This document shows, in pieces, positions 42,462 to 52,019 of a stretch of DNA of 64,000 bases. Position numbers and translations under genes: made by a program. Origin of the DNA: Polyangia bacterium (GTDB lineage: Bacteria > Myxococcota_A > Polyangia > JAAYKL01); contig JBNKCR010000098.1 in assembly GCA_050287845.1 (NCBI GenBank), positions 160,001 through 224,000 of the forward strand, written 5' to 3'. Within the stretch, counting starts at the first letter, position 1. Every line of letters begins with the position of its first letter. The notes under the pieces were generated by a model that was not told the origin of the DNA, did no database searches, and worked only from the letters and a program-made list of their open reading frames with translations.

Positions 42462-44929
42462 AGCAGAGTGAGTCTGTTTGTCCCGACTGTGGATTACCCA
42501 TTGCGCGAAAGCCGGAGTGGACGTCTTTTCGGGTGACTGACAGGTATACGGCCAGTCTGTATCGGTTGGGCGATTCAATTTTGTATTCCAGGGGGAAGGG
42601 GAACGTCAAGGAGCTGCCGGTGGAGTTCATTGCGCGCGTTGAACAGTTCCTCGATGACGAATTTGCTTCCTATCCAGTGGTTGAAATCAAGGATTTTTCT
42701 GACACAGAGGGCTTGCCGTCAAAAGCCTTTCGAATGAAGCAGCTGGAATATTATATTCGCAACAAAGATAAAATTGCCGGATTGGTTTTTCTCAACGCCC
42801 CCTTTCATTTGAAAGTCATCCTCAAATCGGCGGCAATCCTTTACGACAACGTTGTACCTCAGGCCATTTGTAACAACTATCAGGAGGCTATTGCAAAGGC
42901 TGATGAGTTTCTTCATGCAAGGGGAAGTAGTGTGCACCCCGACGTACCGGATGAACAACCGGAGAACACAATGGTTTCCATTGATCGTCGGGACATTGTT
43001 TTACTCGCCCGATATCTCGCGGGGAATGCGTGGAACGATCCGGCAGGGGCCATCGACGCGGCGCCGAATTTTGCAGAAGGACATCCGCTCACTTCCATTC
43101 TGGATTCAATTGTTCTGGTGAAAAGCGATCTGGACGAAATTCGAAGTGACATGGACCGTGAAGCCGCCAGAGCCAATGAGTTGGCGGTGACTGCATTTGA
43201 AAAGAAACTGATTGCGGAATCCCTGAACAACGAATTGAAGAATCAGGCACGACACGCGAACCTGCTGGCTCAGAAAGCGGAAGCGGCCAACCGGGCCAAG
43301 TCAGAATTTATGGCCAACATGTCCCATGAGATTCGCACGCCAATGAATGGCATTATTGGGATGACCGGTTTATTGCTCGATACCGAATTGAAATCAGAGC
43401 AACGCGAATTTGCTGAAATTGTCCGGAAATCAAGTGCTACGCTGATGACGCTGATCAACGATATTCTGGATTTTTCTAAAATTGAAGCGGAAGATCTGCA
43501 ACTGGAGAATATTGATTTCAATCTGTTCGCAATGATGGATGATTTTGCGGCTGCCTACTCGGTGTATACAGAAAACCGGGATATTGAATTTGTGTGCGCC
43601 GTCGATCCCAATCTTGATGTGTATTACAAAGGCGATCCGGGACGAATCCGACAGGTGCTGAGCAATATGGTGGATAACTCGTTCAAGTTCACCGAAGAAG
43701 GCGAAATCTCCATATATGTTGAGCTTGGCAAACGGGATGCCGACAGGGCGGAACTGAGATTTTCGGTTGCGGATACCGGAATTGGAATTGATCCGGATAT
43801 TCATGGGAATCTCTTCGACAGTTTCACTCAGCTGGATGGTACCAGTACGCGGAAATTCGGTGGAACAGGACTCGGCCTGGCCATTGCAAAAAAACTGGTG
43901 GAGATGATGAACGGGGAGATTGGCGTTTTCAGTGAGAAAGGAAAAGGCGCCGAGTTCTGGTTTACGGTGGAATTGGAGAATTCAGATAGACATTCCATGG
44001 AAGTGACACAGAGTGAGATTGAGGGGGCCAGAATTCTGCTCGTCGATGATAACAAAAGCAGTCGCAAGGCAACGATGCAACTCCTGAATTCATGGAAAAC
44101 GGTTGCTGTCGCCGTTCCGGACGGAAACGCTGCTCTGCAGCGCCTTTTCGAAGCGAGCCAGCAGAAAGAACCGTTTGAGATGGTCATTATCGATACGAAG
44201 ATGCCGGGGATGAGTGGCGAGATGCTGGGGCGAAATATTCGGGCGGACACAACGCTGCGGGATACGCGCCTCGTGCTGATGACAATGGTTGGCAATCGCG
44301 GGGATGCGAAGCGGGCCAAGGATTTGGGATTTGATGCATACATCACGAAACCGATTCGATATTCGGATTTATATGACTGTCTGGTTCGCCTCAAAGAGTT
44401 GGATTCCAACAATTCCGAATTCATCACCCGTCACAGTCTGTATGAACATCGGCGGAGTCGATTCCGCATTCTGGTGGTGGAAGACAATGCGACAAATCAG
44501 AAAGTGGCGATGGGAATGCTGAAACGTCTGGGCTTTCAGGCGGATGCGGTGGAAAATGGACAGGAGGCACTCGATATTCTGAAAATAGTGGAATACGATT
44601 TGGTGCTGATGGATGTTCAGACGCCCGTTATCGACGGTTATGATGCAACCAGGCTGATTCGAACAGAATCGGGAGTGCTCGACCCGGCGGTGCCGATCAT
44701 TGCGATGACGGCCAGTGCGCTTAAAGGTGATCGACAGAAGTGTCTCGATGCGGGAATGGACGACTATATTTCGAAACCGGTTGACCTGAAGAAGCTGCAG
44801 CGGGTGGTCACCCGTCAGTTGATGGAGGATCGATCCGATTCCAGAGATTCGCTTCTTCCACGTGCGGGAAGCGGTTGGAGCGCCGATCTGATGGACAAGG
44901 ATGAACCGGAATCCGGCGCGCAGAACTGA
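42458..44929 (+). CDS. Hybrid histidine kinase (cytoplasmic N-domain-HisKA-HATPase-REC-REC)
   Basis: [18 protein letters not shown] and two receivers. ATGA overlap with the upstream kinase. Confidence 0.95.
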   Translation: MKQSESVCPDCGLPIARKPEWTSFRVTDRYTASLYRLGDSILYSRGKGNVKELPVEFIARVEQFLDDEFASYPVVEIKDFSDTEGLPSKAFRMKQLEYYIRNKDKIAGLVFLNAPFHLKVILKSAAILYDNVVPQAICNNYQEAIAKADEFLHARGSSVHPDVPDEQPENTMVSIDRRDIVLLARYLAGNAWNDPAGAIDAAPNFAEGHPLTSILDSIVLVKSDLDEIRSDMDREAARANELAVTAFEKKLIAESLNNELKNQARHANLLAQKAEAANRAKSEFMANMSHEIRTPMNGIIGMTGLLLDTELKSEQREFAEIVRKSSATLMTLINDILDFSKIEAEDLQLENIDFNLFAMMDDFAAAYSVYTENRDIEFVCAVDPNLDVYYKGDPGRIRQVLSNMVDNSFKFTEEGEISIYVELGKRDADRAELRFSVADTGIGIDPDIHGNLFDSFTQLDGTSTRKFGGTGLGLAIAKKLVEMMNGEIGVFSEKGKGAEFWFTVELENSDRHSMEVTQSEIEGARILLVDDNKSSRKATMQLLNSWKTVAVAVPDGNAALQRLFEASQQKEPFEMVIIDTKMPGMSGEMLGRNIRADTTLRDTRLVLMTMVGNRGDAKRAKDLGFDAYITKPIRYSDLYDCLVRLKELDSNNSEFITRHSLYEHRRSRFRILVVEDNATNQKVAMGMLKRLGFQADAVENGQEALDILKIVEYDLVLMDVQTPVIDGYDATRLIRTESGVLDPAVPIIAMTASALKGDRQKCLDAGMDDYISKPVDLKKLQRVVTRQLMEDRSDSRDSLLPRAGSGWSADLMDKDEPESGAQN

Positions 44930-44937
44930 AACTTGTC

Positions 44938-47250
44938 TCACGGATTTCGCTGTTCAGTCCATTCCACCCGGCGTATCCAGTCTTCGGCCATACCCCGATA
45001 GCCCAACAGGGAATCGTTCTCTGTGGCGACGGACTGAAATTGCCTGCGCGCGCTGCCAAACTGCCTGAGATTCAGATATGCCTGTCCCAGAGTAAGTCGT
45101 CCCGGTGTTGCAAATCCTGGATATTTCTGCGCGAGGTGAAGTTGAAACGCCTTTTTCAGTTCCATTGCGGATGCATAGTACTGACCTTCCTGAAATAGAA
45201 TTCTGCCAACGAGATATGGGAGGAGGGGATCGTCCCGGAAGCGGTTGCGAAGGACCATCAGGGCATGGATGACCACAGCCTCCGGGGGCCGGCGGTGCGA
45301 GATAACGGTGCTGAAAAAACGAAGGAGGGTTCTGGTCACCGGTGTGTGGTAATTGCAGAGGTGGCGTTTTACTGCGAGTCGTCGCGACGCATCGTGCGCA
45401 TTGGGGGATTCCGCAAGGTGTCCATACGCGGTAGCCAGGTCCGCCAGCGACAGGGAGTCAATCTGAAAATCAATCAACGCTTCAGAAATCTGCAATTGTC
45501 TGATTTGTCCCGGGGCCTTTTCCAGGATACTCTTTCCATGTTTGATGGTGTGGTCAGACATGCATCCGGCTTCAGAAAAGAACAGTTCAATGTCGGTCTC
45601 TGTGGATTCTCCAGACCGTTCATGGGCTTCCTGCAACAGCCGCAATCCTGCGGGCCATTGGGGGGTAGTGAGATATTCCGCTGCGATTTTTTGAATCCGG
45701 GCGATTTCCCTGACACATCGGGTTTCTACGATTGCGGGCCTGTCCAGTCGATAGCGGACCCATTCCAATTCGCTGTCGGGGATTTGAATGGTGTTCAGAT
45801 ATTGATGCCACATGGTTTCCAGACTGGTGAGCGAATGACCGGTCACTTCAGTGATATCATCGCCCGCATACATGCTTCGAATTGCCGACGGGCCAAAGGT
45901 ATCCCGGATGTACCGGATAAACGATCCGGCTGCAGTGTATGCGTTTCCGGCGTACAGTTTCAGAAATCCGGGACCCATCAATTGTTGAACGGCAGGAAGA
46001 AGGTTCAGTCTGTCCAGCGCCCGTGCCATCTGGTGAACGGAAAGGGCATGATGTGAGGGGGTTGCCGCCACGGCCAATCCTTCAACAAGGGCTGGTATGG
46101 GAATCAGTCCATTAAAATGTCCCGCGACGCGAAAGGGACCTGTGGCAAATTGTGCCGCGACCAGATGGGCCAGTTCATGACGCAGGGTCCAGTGGGGGAC
46201 ATCTTCGGCGATGATATACGTCTGACCCAGCCAGGGCTTGGCCACCGACGTATGGCGCGCCCCCATCAGTGACTTTTTCTGAAGCGCGGAATCAAAGATA
46301 AACACCGTAATGGGCGGGTGCGCATCGATGCCGAAGAATGCCTTGAGCTGGTCCAGACTGAATTGCGCATCCCGGGCAATGGCCCGTTGCTTTTTCATGG
46401 AGATTTCGGTGGAAAAATACAAATCGATGCCATCAGAATGGATGTGAGCGGGCAGATGCTGTTTCAGTCCGGTTGTGCTCATTCGATGGCCCAGCGATTC
46501 ACCGCTGGCGAACAGCAATCCCGCAATGGAAATGCCAGCGAGAATCAGTGCAGCGGATGGGGCGGAAGGCCTCTTCAATTTGAGTTGCAGCCGGTCCGGG
46601 TCGAGAAAGGAAAAGAGGGCGAGAACCAGTACCCCACTGATGACAAGGTTGAACGCGCGATAGGTGAGGAGGGCACTGGTGATGGATATTTCCCGATCAT
46701 ACCAGACGCCGGGCCAGTATCCGAAGAACGGACCGTAATTGAATACAACAGGAGAATGGTACACTTCAATCAAGGATACAGCGAGTGCAACAAACCAGAA
46801 AAGACTCCAGATAGCGACGGCGCAACGCTTTTTACCACACCATCCACCGGCGAAAACACCGGTGACTACGGCGACAACGACAGAGACAACGGGGAGCAGA
46901 ATGAAAAAGAGGAGCCCCTGGAATGTATTGCATGGTGCAACGAACAGCTGATTGAACAGACTGACAAGCAGGGTTGCAAGGAGCAGAATGCCGGATGGCA
47001 GGGCGGCACAGAGCAACAGTTTCGTCGCACTGATTGCCTCTCCCCCGGGGCGCATTTCGCGCAATCGAATCGGCGCGGTCGCGGCCAGATGCCCGGATGC
47101 CAGAGAGAGCAGCACACCCATAATGAAGCAATACTCGAATCCGAGTACATTGGTCATCGGAACCGTGCACAGATACACCGATACACATAAAATGACCGTC
47201 CCCCAGCCTCCAAACAATGGATTGGCCAGAGGTGCCAACAGCAGTTTCAT
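44938..47250 (-). CDS. Multi-TM membrane protein with an HExxH (gluzincin/peptidase MA-like) domain and C-terminal TPR
   Basis: About 7 N-terminal TM segments, LRHELAH...EGLA and a TPR-like C-terminus. Confidence 0.7.
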   Translation of the reverse strand: MKLLLAPLANPLFGGWGTVILCVSVYLCTVPMTNVLGFEYCFIMGVLLSLASGHLAATAPIRLREMRPGGEAISATKLLLCAALPSGILLLATLLVSLFNQLFVAPCNTFQGLLFFILLPVVSVVVAVVTGVFAGGWCGKKRCAVAIWSLFWFVALAVSLIEVYHSPVVFNYGPFFGYWPGVWYDREISITSALLTYRAFNLVISGVLVLALFSFLDPDRLQLKLKRPSAPSAALILAGISIAGLLFASGESLGHRMSTTGLKQHLPAHIHSDGIDLYFSTEISMKKQRAIARDAQFSLDQLKAFFGIDAHPPITVFIFDSALQKKSLMGARHTSVAKPWLGQTYIIAEDVPHWTLRHELAHLVAAQFATGPFRVAGHFNGLIPIPALVEGLAVAATPSHHALSVHQMARALDRLNLLPAVQQLMGPGFLKLYAGNAYTAAGSFIRYIRDTFGPSAIRSMYAGDDITEVTGHSLTSLETMWHQYLNTIQIPDSELEWVRYRLDRPAIVETRCVREIARIQKIAAEYLTTPQWPAGLRLLQEAHERSGESTETDIELFFSEAGCMSDHTIKHGKSILEKAPGQIRQLQISEALIDFQIDSLSLADLATAYGHLAESPNAHDASRRLAVKRHLCNYHTPVTRTLLRFFSTVISHRRPPEAVVIHALMVLRNRFRDDPLLPYLVGRILFQEGQYYASAMELKKAFQLHLAQKYPGFATPGRLTLGQAYLNLRQFGSARRQFQSVATENDSLLGYRGMAEDWIRRVEWTEQRNP

Positions 47251-47927
47251 GAGGATTTCAGCATCAGCGAGAGGACTTCGATCGCTCGCTGAATTTCGGA
47301 TTCTTTGTGGGTGGCAATCAGCTCCAGGGCAGTTTCCAGGGCATCGAGTTTGCTGTCATCGATTCGGTCGGTCACGTAGCGTGCAAGCCGGATGCGTCGG
47401 GCTTCCCGTTTTTCGTCCGTACTTTTCAGCTTGAAACTGGGTTTCAATGCTGGTTCCGGTTTGTTCCGGTAGTAGCCTTTTTCCTTCACCGTTTCAATGA
47501 AGGCTTCGCTGTCGGCCACATACAGGCTTAAAATATCGTACAATTCCTGCCGAACCGGCGAGAGACTCAACGTAAACACTTTTTTGCTCCGAAGCAGTTT
47601 GGGCGAGGTGAGTTTTTTATCGAAGATATCCAGCTTTTCGTCCGGATCAACCCCCACCAGCAGTACGGGATTTTTTTCAACAAACGCTTTCATGCGCCGT
47701 GCCAGACGTTCTTCGGAGAGCTCCATCACTGCGCTGATATTGATCCAGTGATGGGGTTCAATCGGAGATTCATGCTGTTCCAGCTCCCGCCACTGTTCAG
47801 CGGGCCATTTGGATTTGGCCGCAGCCTCTTTAATGGACCAGCCATATTTCTCCCGTTCCAGACGCATCAATGTCCGCAAGAAATATTGCACACATACTGC
47901 CACTGCTTTTTCAATATTCAAGTACAT
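47247..47927 (-). CDS. XRE-like helix-turn-helix protein
   Basis: 'R..REKYGWSIKEAA......EQWRELE' resembles HTH_XRE. Overlaps the downstream gene by 4 bp. Confidence 0.6.
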   Translation of the reverse strand: MYLNIEKAVAVCVQYFLRTLMRLEREKYGWSIKEAAAKSKWPAEQWRELEQHESPIEPHHWINISAVMELSEERLARRMKAFVEKNPVLLVGVDPDEKLDIFDKKLTSPKLLRSKKVFTLSLSPVRQELYDILSLYVADSEAFIETVKEKGYYRNKPEPALKPSFKLKSTDEKREARRIRLARYVTDRIDDSKLDALETALELIATHKESEIQRAIEVLSLMLKSS

Positions 47928-47939
47928 TTGTATTCCCTA

Positions 47940-47963
47940 TATGGCATAAATGCACATGCTATA
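47940..47963. promoter_or_regulatory. Inverted repeat, candidate operator of the XRE-like gene
   Basis: TATGGCAT-N8-ATGCTATA (7 of 8 pairs symmetric), beginning 13 bp upstream of the start codon. Confidence 0.35.
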
Positions 47964-48243
47964 AAAATAAAAGACACAGAAAAACTGCACCGGCGCAGGT
48001 ACCATCTGAATTTAAAAAAAGTTTCCAACAGTTGTTGAATAGAGCCAATTTCTATCCCATGTCAATCTGTGCCTGGCGATACGAAAGGCGATGTACGCGG
48101 AGGATGAACCGTGAATTACGAGAATATCCATAAATATTGAAACAACGCAGAAAACCCCTTCCCAATGATACAGTTTTCTTCTAGAGTTCAGCACACTTTT
48201 GAATTGTTTAAAATTGATAAACAACACGTATTGAGGAAATAGA

Positions 48244-49947
48244 ATGAACAGAGGTTTTGCCTGGCGAAAACGGTTGATATTAAATGTGCTGGTCCTGTCT
48301 GCGGCAAGCCTGGTGCCATTTCGGGCATTCAGTGCTGATTGTGTTGGCGAAGGCTATCTGGTTTCAAATGACTGGGACGGTGACGGCGTGCTGGATTCCG
48401 GCGACGACGTTGAAGTTGAGAAAGATTTGTGTATCCGGACGTTTGATCCGGATAACGATGATTATGACGGCGATGCCGTCGGGGATGTGTGTGACAACTG
48501 TGCGCTGATTGCCAACAATTCCCAGTCAGATGCTGACCGGGATGGGATCGGTGATGCGTGCGACGATGATATTGATGGCGATATGGTGCTTAATCCGCGT
48601 CATTTCGTGACCGAAACGTCGGTGGATACCGAAACGGATACCACGGATGCAGGGGGAGATTCCGGTTCAGAAACCGGTGTTGACTCCGCAAGCGAAACGG
48701 AAAGCGGCGCGATGACGGATACAGAATCCGATTCGTCTGCCGACACCAGTACTCTGGAGGATGGCGATACTGCCGATGATACGGAGCGGACGACAGGGGC
48801 AACGATGGATAACTGCCCGTTGGCATACAACCCGCTGCAGGGGGATTTGGATGCCGATGGACTGGGGAACGCCTGCGATCCCGATGCGGATGGGGATGGG
48901 GTCATCAACGAACTCGATTTTTGCCCCTTTGATGGCGCGGTGTCCGATTATATATCGGATGAGGCACATGCGAGTCTGATCTGTCTTGGGGACTCTGATG
49001 GTGATGGCATTGCCAACTGGCAAGTGAAAGCGGGGGCAATCTCGGTAGATGATAACTGTCCATTCGTGGCCAACCCAACCCAGGCTGATATGGATTCTGA
49101 CGGTGTGGGCGATGTCTGTGATCCGGATGCCGATGGCGACGACATCCAGGACAGTCAGGACAACTGTACCCGGCGCAAAGTGCTCGCGGCTATCGAGGAT
49201 TTCAATGTGGACCCGATAGCAGCATGTGGCGTCAACACGGCAATGAAAGTGGATGTTTCCACCTGGACCGATGCAGTATGGTGGAAGTATCTGTACAATC
49301 CCACGCAAATCGACCAGGATCGGGACAAGACCGGTGACTCCTGTGATCTTGATTTCTGTACACTGACAGCTGAGGGATTTGCATTTGACAATTGTCAGGT
49401 GGTACTGGACGATCAGGATAACTGCCTGCGGGTCAGCGAGCCGGCATTGCAGGTGTATTCCCCGCCAGTCATCGCTTCAAATACGGCAGATGAACCCATT
49501 CGGCTGAGAATTTTTGCCAACAGGACCGACAGGGTGCTCCAATACTCATGGATGCTGTTGCCGGGCAGTGATGAGAAGGGAATCGTGCTTCGAAATGCCA
49601 GTGGAAGAGTCACTTATTCCTCAGCATATGAGTATCACTATGCCGTTGTTCCGAATGCCGACGATGTGTGCATTGACAGAAGCGCCACTTTCGAGACACG
49701 GCTGAGAGGAGAATATAAGCTTCTGCTGCGTGTCACCGCGCTGGATGCCAATGGCAGTCCTCTGGCTGGTAGCGAAAATACGGCTCAGGCGGAAGTGGTT
49801 ATCAACAGTTCCGGCATCGATGACTACATCGCGGATTCGTGTGGCTGTGAAACCGTTGGCCGCTCACGGACCGGCAGTATCTGGGGGTGGGTATTGTTCC
49901 TGCTCATCATTTCAGTGCTGATGCGGCGAAAACGAATCCGAAAATGA
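48244..49947 (+). CDS. Thrombospondin type-3 repeat surface protein with a MYXO-CTERM-like tail
   Basis: Repeated DNC...N..Q.D.D.DG.GD.CD units. The C-terminus is 'SCGC' + TM + RRKRIRK. Confidence 0.88.
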   Translation: MNRGFAWRKRLILNVLVLSAASLVPFRAFSADCVGEGYLVSNDWDGDGVLDSGDDVEVEKDLCIRTFDPDNDDYDGDAVGDVCDNCALIANNSQSDADRDGIGDACDDDIDGDMVLNPRHFVTETSVDTETDTTDAGGDSGSETGVDSASETESGAMTDTESDSSADTSTLEDGDTADDTERTTGATMDNCPLAYNPLQGDLDADGLGNACDPDADGDGVINELDFCPFDGAVSDYISDEAHASLICLGDSDGDGIANWQVKAGAISVDDNCPFVANPTQADMDSDGVGDVCDPDADGDDIQDSQDNCTRRKVLAAIEDFNVDPIAACGVNTAMKVDVSTWTDAVWWKYLYNPTQIDQDRDKTGDSCDLDFCTLTAEGFAFDNCQVVLDDQDNCLRVSEPALQVYSPPVIASNTADEPIRLRIFANRTDRVLQYSWMLLPGSDEKGIVLRNASGRVTYSSAYEYHYAVVPNADDVCIDRSATFETRLRGEYKLLLRVTALDANGSPLAGSENTAQAEVVINSSGIDDYIADSCGCETVGRSRTGSIWGWVLFLLIISVLMRRKRIRK

Positions 49948-49997
49948 CGCGCCGAACCTTCTTGCTTTTTCTCCTGTGATACGGAAATAATTCAGCC

Positions 49998-50966
49998 ATG
50001 CAGGGATCCGTTCAATCTCGAATCAAACGCATTCGACACAGTATGAGTTTGACTGGTGCAATTGTGGTTACGGCAGTAGGCGTACTGTTACCGGTGATTC
50101 TATCCACCTCTGTTGGTATTGTTGCCCTGGCGCTGGGCAAGGGAACGGAGTGGATCCTTTTTGGAGTTCTGGTGATCAGTTTTGCCGCGGCGGCCATTGG
50201 CGGTGGTGTAGTGGTAACTGTTCTCTTGATTCGGAAGCATCGGATTGCCAGGTTGCAAGCTGATTTCGTGGCCAACGTGACCCACGAGCTCAGAACCCCA
50301 TTGACCGCCATCCGGCTGTACGCGCAGACCATTGAAATGGGAGCGCTGGAGGGGAATCCCGAGCTGATTCAGAAGAGCATTCAAACCATTCTACGCGAAA
50401 CGGAGTGGCTGGAGACAATGATTGACCGGGTGCTCACATGGCGTGCTGCTTCGAGGGACCGGGTTTCCCCCCGAATGAAAACGTCCCAGATTGACGAAAC
50501 AGTGCAGGCGGTAGTGGATCGGTTCCGCCGAATGGTTGTGGGACCGGATACGTTTCTTACATGTCGGATTTCTTCCAGAGCACAAGTGGCCCATGATGAA
50601 AGTGCATTGCATTCCATCGTTCTGAATCTGCTGGTAAATGCATACAAGTATTCGGGGAAAAATAAAAAGATAGAGCTACGGCTCTTTGACATCGACGATT
50701 TTGTTGTGCTGGAGGTGGAGGACAACGGCGTTGGGATTCCCGAGTCTGAACAGAAACGGATATACGACCCCTTTTACAGGGTGGACTCCCGGTTGAGTGG
50801 AAAGTCGTCCGGGGCGGGACTTGGGCTTGCCATTGTGAAACATCAGATTATGTTGCACAAGGGAAATATCCTGGTTCGAAGCGATACGGGCAAGGGAACC
50901 ACATTTATTGTTCAGTTTCCGGTGGCCAAACTTTCGAAAGGAACAGTGAGTGCACAAAACGATTAA
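49998..50966 (+). CDS. Two-component sensor histidine kinase
   Basis: Two TM helices, THELRTPL, NLL.NAYKY and GAGLGL. Confidence 0.95.
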   Translation: MQGSVQSRIKRIRHSMSLTGAIVVTAVGVLLPVILSTSVGIVALALGKGTEWILFGVLVISFAAAAIGGGVVVTVLLIRKHRIARLQADFVANVTHELRTPLTAIRLYAQTIEMGALEGNPELIQKSIQTILRETEWLETMIDRVLTWRAASRDRVSPRMKTSQIDETVQAVVDRFRRMVVGPDTFLTCRISSRAQVAHDESALHSIVLNLLVNAYKYSGKNKKIELRLFDIDDFVVLEVEDNGVGIPESEQKRIYDPFYRVDSRLSGKSSGAGLGLAIVKHQIMLHKGNILVRSDTGKGTTFIVQFPVAKLSKGTVSAQND

Positions 50967-51648
50967 AGATGAAACGATACTGGTCATCGAAGATGACAAT
51001 GCGGTTCGCGATGGTCTGGTGATGAACCTTCAGCTTCAGGGCTACAAGGTTTTATCTGCGTGTGATGGGGATGAAGGCATGGAGATGGCTTTTGATAGCA
51101 AGCCGGACCTCATTGTGCTGGATATTATGCTTCCCGGATGGAGTGGCCTCGATATTTTAGCGGAATTGCGCGAGCAGTCCCGTGACACACCAGTACTGCT
51201 CCTGTCGGCCCGGGACAGGATGGAGAACAAAATCGAAGGATTGGAACTGGGTGCAGACGATTATGTGACCAAGCCATTTGAGTTGCCGGAGTTACTCGCC
51301 CGGGTTGAAGCACTCCTTCGGCGACATCGGGGATATGCGAAAAGCGATTCTGCGATCCGGTTCGGCAACGTGACCATTGATCCGGTGAATCGGGTGGTTT
51401 CGGTGAATGGCGACAGCATTGAACTCTCGCTCAAGGAATTCGACCTCCTGCTGCTTCTGGCCAAGGCTCCGGGACGACCATTTAGTCGCGAATCAATTCT
51501 GAGCAGCGTGTGGGGATGGAACTTTGACGGTACAACCCGCACCGTTGACAATTTTATCATGTCTCTTCGCCAGAAGATTGAAATAGATCCATCGAAACCG
51601 GTTCACATCAAAACGGTTCGTCAGCTGGGATACAAACTGGAGCTATAG
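50950..51648 (+). CDS. OmpR-family response regulator
   Basis: LDIMLP, GADDYVTKPF and winged-helix RTVDN.I..LR.K.E...TVR..GY. Confidence 0.96.
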   Translation: MHKTIKDETILVIEDDNAVRDGLVMNLQLQGYKVLSACDGDEGMEMAFDSKPDLIVLDIMLPGWSGLDILAELREQSRDTPVLLLSARDRMENKIEGLELGADDYVTKPFELPELLARVEALLRRHRGYAKSDSAIRFGNVTIDPVNRVVSVNGDSIELSLKEFDLLLLLAKAPGRPFSRESILSSVWGWNFDGTTRTVDNFIMSLRQKIEIDPSKPVHIKTVRQLGYKLEL

Positions 51649-51687
51649 GCGTCCAGGTGGGTGCGAGCTATTGACTGAGGAATGTTT

Positions 51688-51906
51688 TTATCTGGTCGGG
51701 ACCAGTAGCTCGACAGCGAGGCCGCCAGGCGTACCATCAGCATTCCGGTACATGAGCCCCGGAACATTGGGTAGCGCTGCCTTGTATATCGGTTTGCCGG
51801 CACGAGCACAGAGGATAAAACTGAAAAAGAGCATCAGGCACAGAGAAATCTGGAGGATAGCGGCGCCAGAGGAATTCAAATGCCATGACGACAGGTCTGG
51901 TTGCAT
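51688..51906 (-). pseudogene. Truncated remnant of a periplasmic substrate-binding (SBP family 3-like) domain gene
   Basis: 72-aa ORF: a signal peptide, then 'ALPNVPGLMYRNADGTPGGLAVELL', which resembles the start of PBPb domains, followed by an abrupt stop. Confidence 0.45.
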
Positions 51907-52019
51907 CGCGCACTTTTTTTCCGGTTAATCATAAATTTGTATTCACCTGAAAATACAGGAAGGCTGTATTTAATGATCACATTAGTTTGACTCTTTAATG
52001 ACCCAGCTCAAACTTAAAT

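Noticed and set aside
51971..51984. TAATG-N4-CATTA dyad upstream of the DGC gene as an FNR/CRP site
   Set aside because: It is short and AT-rich and matches neither consensus well; chance occurrence is likely.
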